DNA of 32,000 bases, taken from positions 450,001 through 482,000 of the forward strand of contig NC_000854.2 in assembly GCF_000011125.1 (NCBI RefSeq), given 5' to 3'. The stretch is from Aeropyrum pernix K1. GTDB taxonomy: Archaea; Thermoproteota; Thermoprotei_A; Sulfolobales; Acidilobaceae. Shown one piece after another: positions 17,933-26,452 of this stretch. The stretch's first letter is position 1. Each line of letters begins with the position of its first letter. The notes beneath the pieces are model-generated. The model was not told where the DNA came from, made no database searches, and saw only the letters and a list, made by a program, of their open reading frames with translations. The position numbers and the translations under genes were made by a program.

Positions 17933-18020
17933 GTATCCGGAGGGTTAAAGATTTACTGGGAGAGGGGGCAGGTTTCCAACGGCTTCACAATACTACCTTA
18001 TCTTTAAATTCTCCGGATAC
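17933..18020. promoter_or_regulatory. Mirror-image divergent promoter region (tRNA-Gly leftwards, SerK-like gene rightwards)
   Basis: Interrupted inverted repeat gtatccggag-gg-ttaaagat (17933-17952) / atctttaa-att-ctccggatac (18000-18020). Each half resembles a TATA box (CTTTAA) followed by CTCCGGATAC. Confidence 0.55.
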
Positions 18021-18037
18021 AATATCCGGTCTATAAT

Positions 18038-18535
18038 ATGGGGGTGCGCGGGGTTGGACTGGCTGGAATGCCTTTGACAGTGTTCAAGCCCCTCTTCAGG
18101 CTTAGACACGGTATAGTAGGCTTGGTCTCTATCTCCTCGTTAAAGCCTCACGAGGAGGTAGAGGATGATAGGCTAGAGCTTCTCCTGGACGATATAAGAC
18201 GTAGGAGGCTTGTTGTGAAGCCCATACTAGTTGATGCGAAGACCCTCGTCATCCTTGACGGCCACCACAGGTTCAACGCTCTGAAGATACTGGGCGCCAG
18301 GTACGCGCCCGCGGTTCTAGTCGACTACGACTCTCCCTGCGTCTCCGTAGGCTCCTGGAGGGAGGGTGTGAGTGTGTCTAAGGAGGAGGTTAGGAGGAGA
18401 GGCGTGGAGGGGAAGCTGTACCCGCCGAGGACCAGCCGTCATAGAGTGTGCTTCGAGATACCGGATGTCAATGCGGGGCTGGAGGAGCTGGTGGGTGACG
18501 GGCTCGGGGCTGGGGAGCATGATGGGGGCTTGTGA
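18038..18535 (+). CDS. ParB-N/SerK-like protein (candidate free-serine kinase)
   Basis: 165 aa: ISSLKPHEEVEDDRLELLLDDIRRRRLVVKPILVDAKTLVILDGHHRFNALKILGARYAPAVLVDYDSPCVSVGSWR. Confidence 0.7.
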   Translation: MGVRGVGLAGMPLTVFKPLFRLRHGIVGLVSISSLKPHEEVEDDRLELLLDDIRRRRLVVKPILVDAKTLVILDGHHRFNALKILGARYAPAVLVDYDSPCVSVGSWREGVSVSKEEVRRRGVEGKLYPPRTSRHRVCFEIPDVNAGLEELVGDGLGAGEHDGGL

Positions 18536-18550
18536 GGCGGAGGCCCCCCG

Positions 18551-19720
18551 CTAGTCTATCCAGTCTCCCGTCTCTATCTTCTCCGGTATGTACTGGTAGG
18601 CGAAGAACTTCAGGCCCTTGCTGGCTATGGCCTCTATCTCGAGCTTGACGAGGTGCTTAAGGAACAGCCTTATCTCGACGTTCCACCTGCGGTTCTTCCC
18701 TATCCACGAGTAGTTTAGCAGCTCCTTAGCCCTCTTGATGTCCTTGTCTGTAGCCTTTATCATGAACTTCTTCCTCTCGGCCTCGCTCAGGTACGGCTTC
18801 TTCCCCCTGTAGCCGAAGATGTCGGTCATCTGCACCCCGAGGAACTTGGCCTTCGGTGTTGCGAGCCTCTCGCTCTCGTAGCTCAGGGTTATGCTGCCCA
18901 CCTTGTAGACAGAGTAGATGTACCACCCGTAGGGGTCGCTGTCGGTTATTATATATACCGGCAGCTTCAGCTCCTCGTGGAGCCTCCTGACAAACCTCCT
19001 CGTAGCCCTGTCGGGCTGGCCGGAGCCTGTCACCAGGAGGGCTTTATACTTCTTCCAGAACCCGGCTCTGTGGAGCTGCTGGAACACCGCGTCCTTCTCC
19101 ACCACCAGCACGAACTCGGCGTCGACGTCTAGGAATTCTATGAGGTCGGGGGTGGGCTCTATGGCGTATGCCCCGTGGCCTAGCTTAGAGAGGTCTATCA
19201 CGTCGCCGCCGCTCCTTATCCTCATGTTGCCGACAACCTTGCCCTTCTCCTTCGAGAGTATCAGCATGTCCTCCCTGAAGAGGCCGGTGTACACCTCTAT
19301 GTCCTGTATCACGCTGTCGCTCTCCTTCTGCTCGTCCCACGTGTTCTCCTCTCTCTTCCTCCCCGAGTAGTCTCTATACACTATGGTGTGCTTCCCCTTG
19401 TAGTACAGGTCCCTTATAGTCGGGTACTCGTTCTCGATGAGGGACTGGTATATTATCGAGGCCATCAGGAGGGTCTGCATGAACCTCCTCGACTCGCCCA
19501 CGTTCAGGAACTCCCTCTCCAGCTTCTCCTCTCCAATGACCAGTATACCCCTCTCGGGGTCGAATATCGTGTTGGAGAGCGTCCTCTTCGGTATCTCCAG
19601 CTTCGGCGGCCTACCCTTTATAACGTCGCTTATGAGCCTGTGGAACTTCTTGTACATAACCTCCGCAGCCCTAAGCCTCGCCTTAATGTCAACCTCGTCC
19701 CCGAACATCTCACCCGACAA
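18551..19720 (-). CDS. top6A: DNA topoisomerase VI subunit A (Spo11-like)
   Basis: 389 aa: YRDYSGRKREENTWDEQKESDSVIQDIEVYTG, VVEKDAVFQQL, ALLVTGSGQPDRATRRFVRRLHEELKLPVYIITDSDPYGWYIYSVYKVGS. Confidence 0.97.
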   Translation of the reverse strand: MSGEMFGDEVDIKARLRAAEVMYKKFHRLISDVIKGRPPKLEIPKRTLSNTIFDPERGILVIGEEKLEREFLNVGESRRFMQTLLMASIIYQSLIENEYPTIRDLYYKGKHTIVYRDYSGRKREENTWDEQKESDSVIQDIEVYTGLFREDMLILSKEKGKVVGNMRIRSGGDVIDLSKLGHGAYAIEPTPDLIEFLDVDAEFVLVVEKDAVFQQLHRAGFWKKYKALLVTGSGQPDRATRRFVRRLHEELKLPVYIITDSDPYGWYIYSVYKVGSITLSYESERLATPKAKFLGVQMTDIFGYRGKKPYLSEAERKKFMIKATDKDIKRAKELLNYSWIGKNRRWNVEIRLFLKHLVKLEIEAIASKGLKFFAYQYIPEKIETGDWID

Positions 19721-19738
19721 GCACCCTCACCCCCAGGG

Positions 19739-21445
19739 CTACTCGAGCTCCACGCTCTCGACTATCCTCCTCACAATCGCTTCTGGATCCTCGGTCTTGC
19801 CGTCGACGGGCGGCAACTCTATGTGGCGCGCCACAATTTTGATCAGAGCCTCCTGGATCTTCTTAACCTCCTCAGGCTTGGGCGGCTGCCACTTGCTCGG
19901 CGGCCTTAGGAAGTAGGCCAGGCTGACGGCGACCTCGGGTATGTACTTAGCCAGGGTCACGCTCCTCCTGATAGCCTCCTCCTCCCTCGCCTTTCTGGAT
20001 AGGTAGAGCCTTAGCCTCCTGGCGACCTCCTGTACGGCGTTCCTTATCTCTGCCTCTATCTCGGGGACGTCGCTCACGCTCTCCTTCCCCACGCCCTTGT
20101 AGGGTACTTTCGTGCTCGCTATGTGGACGAGCACTACTAGGGGGGCTGGGAAGTCTACGTTATACTGCCTCCAGTTTATGCTGCTGACCACCTTGTAGCT
20201 GACGTCCTCCCTCTCCTCGTAGAGTAGTGGTATCTTGTTGGCGTATCTCAGGAGGAGGGGCTCGCTGCGGGCCTCTATCCCGCCCCCGTACGCTATCCCC
20301 ACCTCAACTATGAAGGGGTGGCCCCTGTAGGCCTTGGGGCTCCTCGATACAGCCCCTACCCACTCGGGGTTGAACATTCTCCTAAGCCCAATCTCTATGA
20401 TGTCGCTGCCTATGGGGCTCAGGTAGTCGCTCTTCGGCGCCCTGAAGGGGTATTCCATGAGCGCGTCCGCCAGGCGCCTGAGGAGCTTGTCCCTACCCTT
20501 CTTCAGCAGCTCCCTGGGCTTTAGATCCGGATCGAGACCATACTTCTCCAGGAAGTCCTGGGCTGTCTTGTCGCCTATGCTCTGGAACTCCTTCACGAGG
20601 AACTCTCTGAGCGTGGAGGCCCTTGTGCTGCGGAGCATGGATTTAAGCTGCTCTATGTCAACGCCGTGGGGGTGGGGCTTCGACTCCCTGGGCGGCTTGG
20701 GCAGCTTCCTTGTGGACCTGGGGAAGTAGTATATCTCGCCGTCGGGCGTCTCCAGTATTATCTCGGCGTACGGGGCTATCACGGCAGTCCTCTTGATATA
20801 TTCTAGAATCTTGCTCTTAGCCCTGCTCCAGTCCCCCTCTAGCGAGAGGGTGACCCTGGTGCCGTGCCACGAGCCCCTCTTGTTCCACTCACCCCTCTCC
20901 AGGATCCTGGGCTCGTTACGCTGGACGTCTATGACTAGCTTCATCATGTAGACATACTGGGAGCCCTTCGTCGCGCTGTAAACCTCCACAGGGGTACCTG
21001 CAGTCATCTGGCCGTATAGTATGGCAGCCTTCACGCCGAGGCCGTACATACCCCTCGTCTGCCTTATCACGTACTTGCTGCTGAAGAGGACCTTGCCGAA
21101 CGCCATGGCCATGCTAGTGACGGGCACTCCTATACCGTTGTCCTCGACAGTGACAGTGTACCGGGGCCTACCACCCCTACCCTCTGAGCCCTCTATCTGC
21201 CTAATAGATATGTGGATCCAGGGTAGAATGCCCTTGGCGTCGGTAGCGTCCAGACTGTTCTCCACAAGCTCCCTTATAGTCTGGTAGAGAGCCCTCGTGG
21301 GGTTGGCGAAACCCGCCAGCTCCTTGTTCTTCGCGAAGAACTCCGCTACACTCATCTCCCTATACTTCTCGCCTGTAGACCCGGGCCTAGCAGCCTCCTC
21401 AGCCCTGGCCCTCGCCCTCCTGGTCCTCTTAGCCACAGCACTCAA
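19739..21445 (-). CDS. top6B: DNA topoisomerase VI subunit B (GHKL ATPase)
   Basis: 568 aa: [60 protein letters not shown]. Start may be internal ([16 protein letters not shown]). Confidence 0.97.
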
Positions 21446-21744
21446 GCTACCTGCCCACCCCCCGCAGAAACAGCCGCGCGAGGCGGCAAATCTACCCCCA
21501 GAGAAATAATATCTCCCTAAGGCTTTATGCAGGCTAGACTACATAACAGGGCAGCCTCCCATAGTACATGCTAGAACAATTCCAGATTCAGAATAAGCTG
21601 AGCGTTATACTGCTACCCCACTACATCCCATTCCTTAATTAGACTAGCCTGTACGCGTGTATTGCTGCAGCTTAACCTACACGTTCAAGAGGAAAAATAA
21701 TCCTGCACTACATATTATGGTAGTCGTGAGGCGGGTGCAGGGTC

Positions 21745-24039
21745 TTGCATCTATCAAGGTGGATTGGCTGGAGGTATGTGGGTAGGCGCGTGAAGCGGGT
21801 TGAGGATTACCGTCTGCTCACGGGGAGGGGTAGGTATGTTGATGATGTTAGGCTGGAGGGCATGCTCTACGCCGCCTTCGCCAGGTCTGAATATCCTCAC
21901 GCTGTGGTTAGGAAGGTTGACTTGAGCGATGCCTTGAAGGCCCCGGGTGTCGTGGCAGCCTTCAGCTACTCCGATCTCGAGGGCTCGCTGAAGCCGTGGA
22001 CGTTCGACGCCCCCTCGAGCCCCATGTACCCGCTGGCCAGGGATAGGGTTAGGTATTATGGTGAGCCTGTTGCGGTTGTTGTCGCCAGTGACCCGTACCA
22101 GGCGGCTGACGCTGTGGAGCTGGTGTCGGTCGACTACGAGCCTCTGGAGCCCGTCGTCGACCCTCTGAAGGCTATGGAGCCTGGGGCCCCTAGGGTGCAT
22201 GACGAGGCTGAGAGGAACATAGCCTATTCTAGGAGGCTGTCGTGCGGCGATGTGGAGAAGGCTTTCAGGGAGGCGGCGGTTGTTGTGGAGGACACGCTTT
22301 GGGTTGCAAGGAAGTATGCTGCGAGTCTGGAGCCCCGGGGCGTCGCCGCCAGCTACGACGGGAGCACTCTGACGGTGTGGGTCTCGACTCAGACGCCCCA
22401 CGACCATAGGGACGAGCTCCTGGAGAAGATCGTGCCTCCCCCGAGTGACGTTAGAGTTATACAGCCCGACGTTGGGGGGGCTTTCGGCGCTAAGATAGAA
22501 GTCTACCCTGAGGAGGTTGTGGTTCCGTACCTTGCCATGAGGCTGGGGAGGCCGGTCAAGTGGTACCCATCCCGGAGGGAGGACATGGTGGCCACCACCC
22601 ACGGCCGCGACATAAGGGCTGAACTGGCTCTAGCAGCCTCTAGGGACGGCAGGATACTTGGCGTGAGGGGTAGGATAATAGGCGACGTGGGGGCCTACCC
22701 TCTAGGGATCTTCCTGCCCCTGATAGCCGGGCGCATACTACCGGGGCCTTACGACATCAGGAGCGGCGATGTCGAGGTCCTCGCAGTCTATACCAACAAG
22801 ACACCCCTGGCGGCCTACAGGGGGGCCGGGAGGCCTGAGGGCATCTTCTTCATGGAGAGGATGGTCGACCTTCTAGCCGACGAGCTGGGCATGGACCCGG
22901 CTGAGCTCAGGCTGAGGAATATGGTTAAGCCTGAGGCCATGCCCTACAGGAACTGCTTCGGCTGGCAGTACGACTCGGGAGACTACCCGGGCACCCTGAA
23001 GCGCGGCCTAAAGCTACTGAGGCTAAGGGAGCTAGAGTCCTGGGTTGAGGAGGAGCGTAGGAAGGGCAGGCTCCTCGGCCTGGGCTACGCCTTCTACGTC
23101 GAGATAACCAGCGGCGGCCCCTTCGAGACGGCCAAGGTGTCTCTCGAGCGCGGGGGGACGGTGAGTATAGTGGTGGGCTCCACACCCACGGGCCAGGGAG
23201 ACGCCACGGGGTTCGCTCAGATCGCCGCCGACATACTGGGGGTTGGCGTCGAGAGGGTGAGGGTCCGCTGGGGCGACACGGGGCTTATAGGGGAGGGTGT
23301 AGGGACCTTCGGCAGCAGGACTATAACTGTGGGTGGCGGCGCCGTCATAGAGGCTGTGTCGGAGCTTGTTGAGAGGCTGAGGCCCAAGGCCGCTGAGATG
23401 CTTGGGGTTGATCCGGGAAGGGTGGAGTATAGGCCGGGGGAGTTCTACGTAGTGGACAGTCCAGAGGACTTCGTGGGTCTGTGGGATGTGGTTGAACAGC
23501 TGTACAGGGAGCTGGGTGAGAAGGCCGGCGAGGTCCTCTCCGCGTACGCCAAGTACGACCCGAAGAAGCCCGTCTACCCCTATGGCCTTCACGCGGCTGT
23601 GGTGGAGATAGACCCTGAGACTGGGGTGCCGCGCGTCGTGGAGTACCGGGCCCTGGATGATGTGGGCCGGATAGTCAACCCCATGCTACTGGAGGGCCAG
23701 CTGGTGGGCGGGATAGTGCAGGGTATAGGGGACACGCTGTACGAGGAGATGGTGTACACTGGCGACGGCTATCCGGCCACGCTGAGCCTCTCCGACTATG
23801 GAGTGCCAACGGCGCTGGAGTACCCTGAGGTTGTGGAGCTACACTTCCAGGAAACGCCTACACACCACCCCCACGGCACCCGCGGCGTCGGCGAGATAGG
23901 CACCATAGCTGCGCCGCCTGCAGTGGCCAGGGCTGTTGAGGACGCGGTTAGGAGGTACACCGGGCGTGGCGGGTTCAGGGTGAGGAGGCTTCCCGTCAAG
24001 CCAGAGGATATACTGGCCGCCCTCGCTGCCGAGGGCTGA
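21745..24039 (+). CDS. Molybdopterin-binding large subunit, xanthine dehydrogenase/aldehyde oxidoreductase/form II CoxL-like
   Basis: 764 aa: GRYVDDVRLEGMLYAAFARSEYPHAVV, VQPDVGGAFGAK-like (IQPDVGGAFGAK), AYRGAGRPEG, GVGEIGTIAAPPAVARAVEDA. Confidence 0.92.
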   Translation: MHLSRWIGWRYVGRRVKRVEDYRLLTGRGRYVDDVRLEGMLYAAFARSEYPHAVVRKVDLSDALKAPGVVAAFSYSDLEGSLKPWTFDAPSSPMYPLARDRVRYYGEPVAVVVASDPYQAADAVELVSVDYEPLEPVVDPLKAMEPGAPRVHDEAERNIAYSRRLSCGDVEKAFREAAVVVEDTLWVARKYAASLEPRGVAASYDGSTLTVWVSTQTPHDHRDELLEKIVPPPSDVRVIQPDVGGAFGAKIEVYPEEVVVPYLAMRLGRPVKWYPSRREDMVATTHGRDIRAELALAASRDGRILGVRGRIIGDVGAYPLGIFLPLIAGRILPGPYDIRSGDVEVLAVYTNKTPLAAYRGAGRPEGIFFMERMVDLLADELGMDPAELRLRNMVKPEAMPYRNCFGWQYDSGDYPGTLKRGLKLLRLRELESWVEEERRKGRLLGLGYAFYVEITSGGPFETAKVSLERGGTVSIVVGSTPTGQGDATGFAQIAADILGVGVERVRVRWGDTGLIGEGVGTFGSRTITVGGGAVIEAVSELVERLRPKAAEMLGVDPGRVEYRPGEFYVVDSPEDFVGLWDVVEQLYRELGEKAGEVLSAYAKYDPKKPVYPYGLHAAVVEIDPETGVPRVVEYRALDDVGRIVNPMLLEGQLVGGIVQGIGDTLYEEMVYTGDGYPATLSLSDYGVPTALEYPEVVELHFQETPTHHPHGTRGVGEIGTIAAPPAVARAVEDAVRRYTGRGGFRVRRLPVKPEDILAALAAEG

Positions 24040-24043
24040 GTGG

Positions 24044-24271
24044 GTGAGAGGATGGTGGGTTATGCAAGCACGGCAGTCTAGGAGGGGGTTTTTGAGGAGG
24101 CTCAAGACACTTGTCCTGGCGGCCCTCGTTTTCGTCATAGCCTACAGGCTAGCCCTAGCCCTGGCGGCCTCCATACTGAAGGGGGCCATAGCAGCTGCTA
24201 TGCTGGTGTCTATCCTCGCAGCCGCCGCCGTTGTAATAGCCGTGGTGATGCTTCTGAGGCGGGGCAGGTGA
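24044..24271 (+). CDS. Small membrane protein
   Basis: 75 aa, two predicted TM segments after a basic N-terminus; its TGA overlaps the GTG start of the next ORF (GTGA). Confidence 0.55.
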   Translation: MRGWWVMQARQSRRGFLRRLKTLVLAALVFVIAYRLALALAASILKGAIAAAMLVSILAAAAVVIAVVMLLRRGR

Positions 24272-25143
24272 GCCTGTTGGCCCAGAGGGTGAGATGGGAG
24301 AGGGTTGAGAGGGTTGCAGAGGCCTTCTCCAGGCTGAGCATCGGCGAGGTCCTCGGGTTCGAAGAGCAGGTCGACCCCCAGTACAAGCTGGTCTCCCGGC
24401 TGGCAGGGGAGATTGGGGCTGGTAAGGCGGCCCTATCAGCCCTCCTTGTGGGGCTCGCCAGCTACAGGCTCGCAATGAGGGGGGAGGAGTGGTGGCTCTG
24501 CTTCTACAGGCACATGAGGTCCTCGCTACCCAGGGCTGAGGGTCTAAGAGGGGTCCTGAGGGCTGTTGAGGGGTTTCTAACGTCCTGCAGCGGGGCTGCC
24601 ATAGGTAGGGAGGCCAAGCTCAGGAGGGTTAGGAGGGCCGCCAGCGCTGCTGAGGTCCTCGGGGAGGTGCTGGATAATCCTCTGGTGCTTGTGGAGAGGC
24701 CCTCTGAGGTCCTGGAAGCGTTGAGGGTGGCTCTGGGCGAGAAGGGCTTCAGGAAGACTACTGTGTTCTCTGTTAAGATAGCGTACTACGCTGTAAGGCC
24801 CCTCGCGGGCAGAAAGCCCCTGACGCTAGACGTCCCCATACCTGTTGACGTGAGGGTCGCGTGCGCCAGCATATCCTCGGAGATGGTGGAAGCCCCTAGC
24901 TATAGGGAGGTTGTTGCGAGGCCTGAGGCCGCCCAGAGGGCTTGGGGGCGTGTAGCCAGGTCCTCAGGCATACCCGTCCTCCATATAGACTCGATACTGT
25001 GGGTTACTGGCTGGGCTCCCAGGGAGCTCCCCCCGGGTGAGGCTCGGGAGGCTGTGGCGGGGATCCTCTCCCGCGCCCTGGATAGGGGTAAGGCGGTGCT
25101 TCTCGCGTCGGAGCTGGTCAGGAGGCCTTGCCCTGGAGGCTGA
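24268..25143 (+). CDS. Archaeal 8-oxoguanine DNA glycosylase/AP lyase (AGOG family)
   Basis: 291 aa; ALGEKGFRKTTVFSVKIAYYA...LTLDVPIPVDVRVACAS...ARSSGIPVLHIDSILWVTG resembles the AGOG catalytic Lys region and Asp-containing DIPIPVDYRV segment. Confidence 0.8.
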   Translation: MSLLAQRVRWERVERVAEAFSRLSIGEVLGFEEQVDPQYKLVSRLAGEIGAGKAALSALLVGLASYRLAMRGEEWWLCFYRHMRSSLPRAEGLRGVLRAVEGFLTSCSGAAIGREAKLRRVRRAASAAEVLGEVLDNPLVLVERPSEVLEALRVALGEKGFRKTTVFSVKIAYYAVRPLAGRKPLTLDVPIPVDVRVACASISSEMVEAPSYREVVARPEAAQRAWGRVARSSGIPVLHIDSILWVTGWAPRELPPGEAREAVAGILSRALDRGKAVLLASELVRRPCPGG

Positions 25144-26314
25144 GTCTCCTACTCTTCTTGACGTACTTATTCAGCCGCCCCCAGTCCACCTCAACACCTA
25201 TTCCCGGCCTGCTCCTAGCCCTTATGACGCTGCCACGCTCAAGCTCCCACGGCTCGTCGACAATATCCTCCATGTAGTACCTCCTGCTGGCGCTTATGTC
25301 GGAGGGGTACCTGACGCCGGGCAGGGTTCCCAGGGCGACCAGGTGGCCCCTACCCACACCCGTCTCCAGCATGCCCCCTATCCAGACCGGCAGGTGCGCC
25401 TTGAGGCTCCAGAAGTCGTGTATCTCGAGGGAGGACGCTATACCCCCCACCCTCCCCGGCTTTATGTTTATCACCCTAGCCGACCCTAGCTTGAGGGCTG
25501 CGACAGCGTCTCTAACGCTCTTAACACTCTCGTCGAGGCATACGGGCGTTCTAACCATGCTCTGGAAGTGGGCGTGCTCCAGCAGGTCGTCGTGGTGGAA
25601 AGGCTGCTCTATCATTAGGAGCCCGTAGTCGTCCAGCCTCGACAGCCTGGGGGCGTCGAGGAATGTGTACGCGGCGTTGGCGTCTACCTGCAGCGGAACG
25701 TCGGGGAACTCCCTCCTCAGCGCCTCAACAGGCTCCAAGTCCCACCCAGGCTCTATCTTAATCTTGATTCTCCCATACCCCTCCTCCAGGTAGCGGGAGA
25801 CCGTTCTAACCAGGTCCTCTATAGAGGGCTGTATGCCGACGCTCACCCCCACGCTGACGTCCCTCTTGACACCCCCGATTAGGCTCCAGAGGGGCTTCGA
25901 CTCCATCCTGGCCTTGAGGTCCCACAGGGCCATCTCAACCCCTGCTTTAGCCATGTTGTGCCCCCTAATCCTGGAGAGGCGGCCCCCCACCTCCCTGGGA
26001 TGCTCTATAGTGCTGGGCAGCAGCCTTGCTATGTAGTCCTCAATAACGTGCCAGGCGGTCCACACGGTCTCGCTGGAATACCAGGGGCCCTCCCCGGCCA
26101 CAACCTCACCCCACCCCTCCTCACCCCCCTTCTCCACGGCCCTGACCAGGAGGGCTGGCCTCAGCCTCGTGCTCCCGAAGCTGGTTCTAAACTCCGAGAC
26201 GAGGGGCATCCAGACCTCGAAAACCTCCAGCCTTACAACCTCCAACCGGCAGAACACCCTATAACCCGGCCCCGCATCCGCGGACCATAACTTTATCGCC
26301 CGGCACCTACACAT
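25118..26314 (-). CDS. Enolase-superfamily enzyme, o-succinylbenzoate synthase/N-acylamino acid racemase-like
   Basis: 398-aa ORF; AKAGVEMALWDLKAR, GYGRIKIKIEPGWD, LQVDANAAYT, MIEQPF, CLDES, VINIKPGRVGGI, VWIGGMLETGVGR. True start probably near 26245 (MEVVRLEVFEVW). Confidence 0.88.
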   Translation of the reverse strand: MCRCRAIKLWSADAGPGYRVFCRLEVVRLEVFEVWMPLVSEFRTSFGSTRLRPALLVRAVEKGGEEGWGEVVAGEGPWYSSETVWTAWHVIEDYIARLLPSTIEHPREVGGRLSRIRGHNMAKAGVEMALWDLKARMESKPLWSLIGGVKRDVSVGVSVGIQPSIEDLVRTVSRYLEEGYGRIKIKIEPGWDLEPVEALRREFPDVPLQVDANAAYTFLDAPRLSRLDDYGLLMIEQPFHHDDLLEHAHFQSMVRTPVCLDESVKSVRDAVAALKLGSARVINIKPGRVGGIASSLEIHDFWSLKAHLPVWIGGMLETGVGRGHLVALGTLPGVRYPSDISASRRYYMEDIVDEPWELERGSVIRARSRPGIGVEVDWGRLNKYVKKSRRLSLQGKAS

Positions 26315-26329
26315 AACGGTAACCGGGGG

Positions 26330-26380
26330 CTGAAGACATGCACCTCCACTGAGGGTGCCTCCCTGTGAGGAGTTCAGCCT
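26330..26380 (-). ncRNA. Copy 2 of a duplicated structured element (candidate small RNA or leader element)
   Basis: CTGAA (26330-26334), hairpin gcacc/ggtgc (26340-26344/26354-26358), then TGTGAGGAGTTCAGCCT (26364-26380). TTATAAT-like box about 25 bp upstream on the minus strand. Confidence 0.4.
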
Positions 26381-26452
26381 GGCTTAGACCCCCGCGGCTG
26401 TGATTATAACCTCCGACCCCGACACCAACACTCTAGGATGCTCTAGCCTGAG

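Noticed and set aside
18038-18535. Annotation as a chromosome/plasmid partition ParB
   Set aside because: Lacks the HTH domain expected of a partition ParB, has no parA neighbour, and resembles SerK-type proteins better.
21754-22602. 282-aa minus-strand ORF within the molybdopterin large subunit
   Set aside because: Antisense shadow frame in a strongly supported gene; repetitive Arg/His/Pro composition and no family features.
23032-23592. 186-aa minus-strand ORF
   Set aside because: Antisense shadow in the molybdenum hydroxylase gene.
21745-24039. Annotation as genuine CO dehydrogenase CoxL
   Set aside because: Active-site loop reads AYRGAGRPE rather than the AYRCSF signature, and coxM/coxS are not adjacent.
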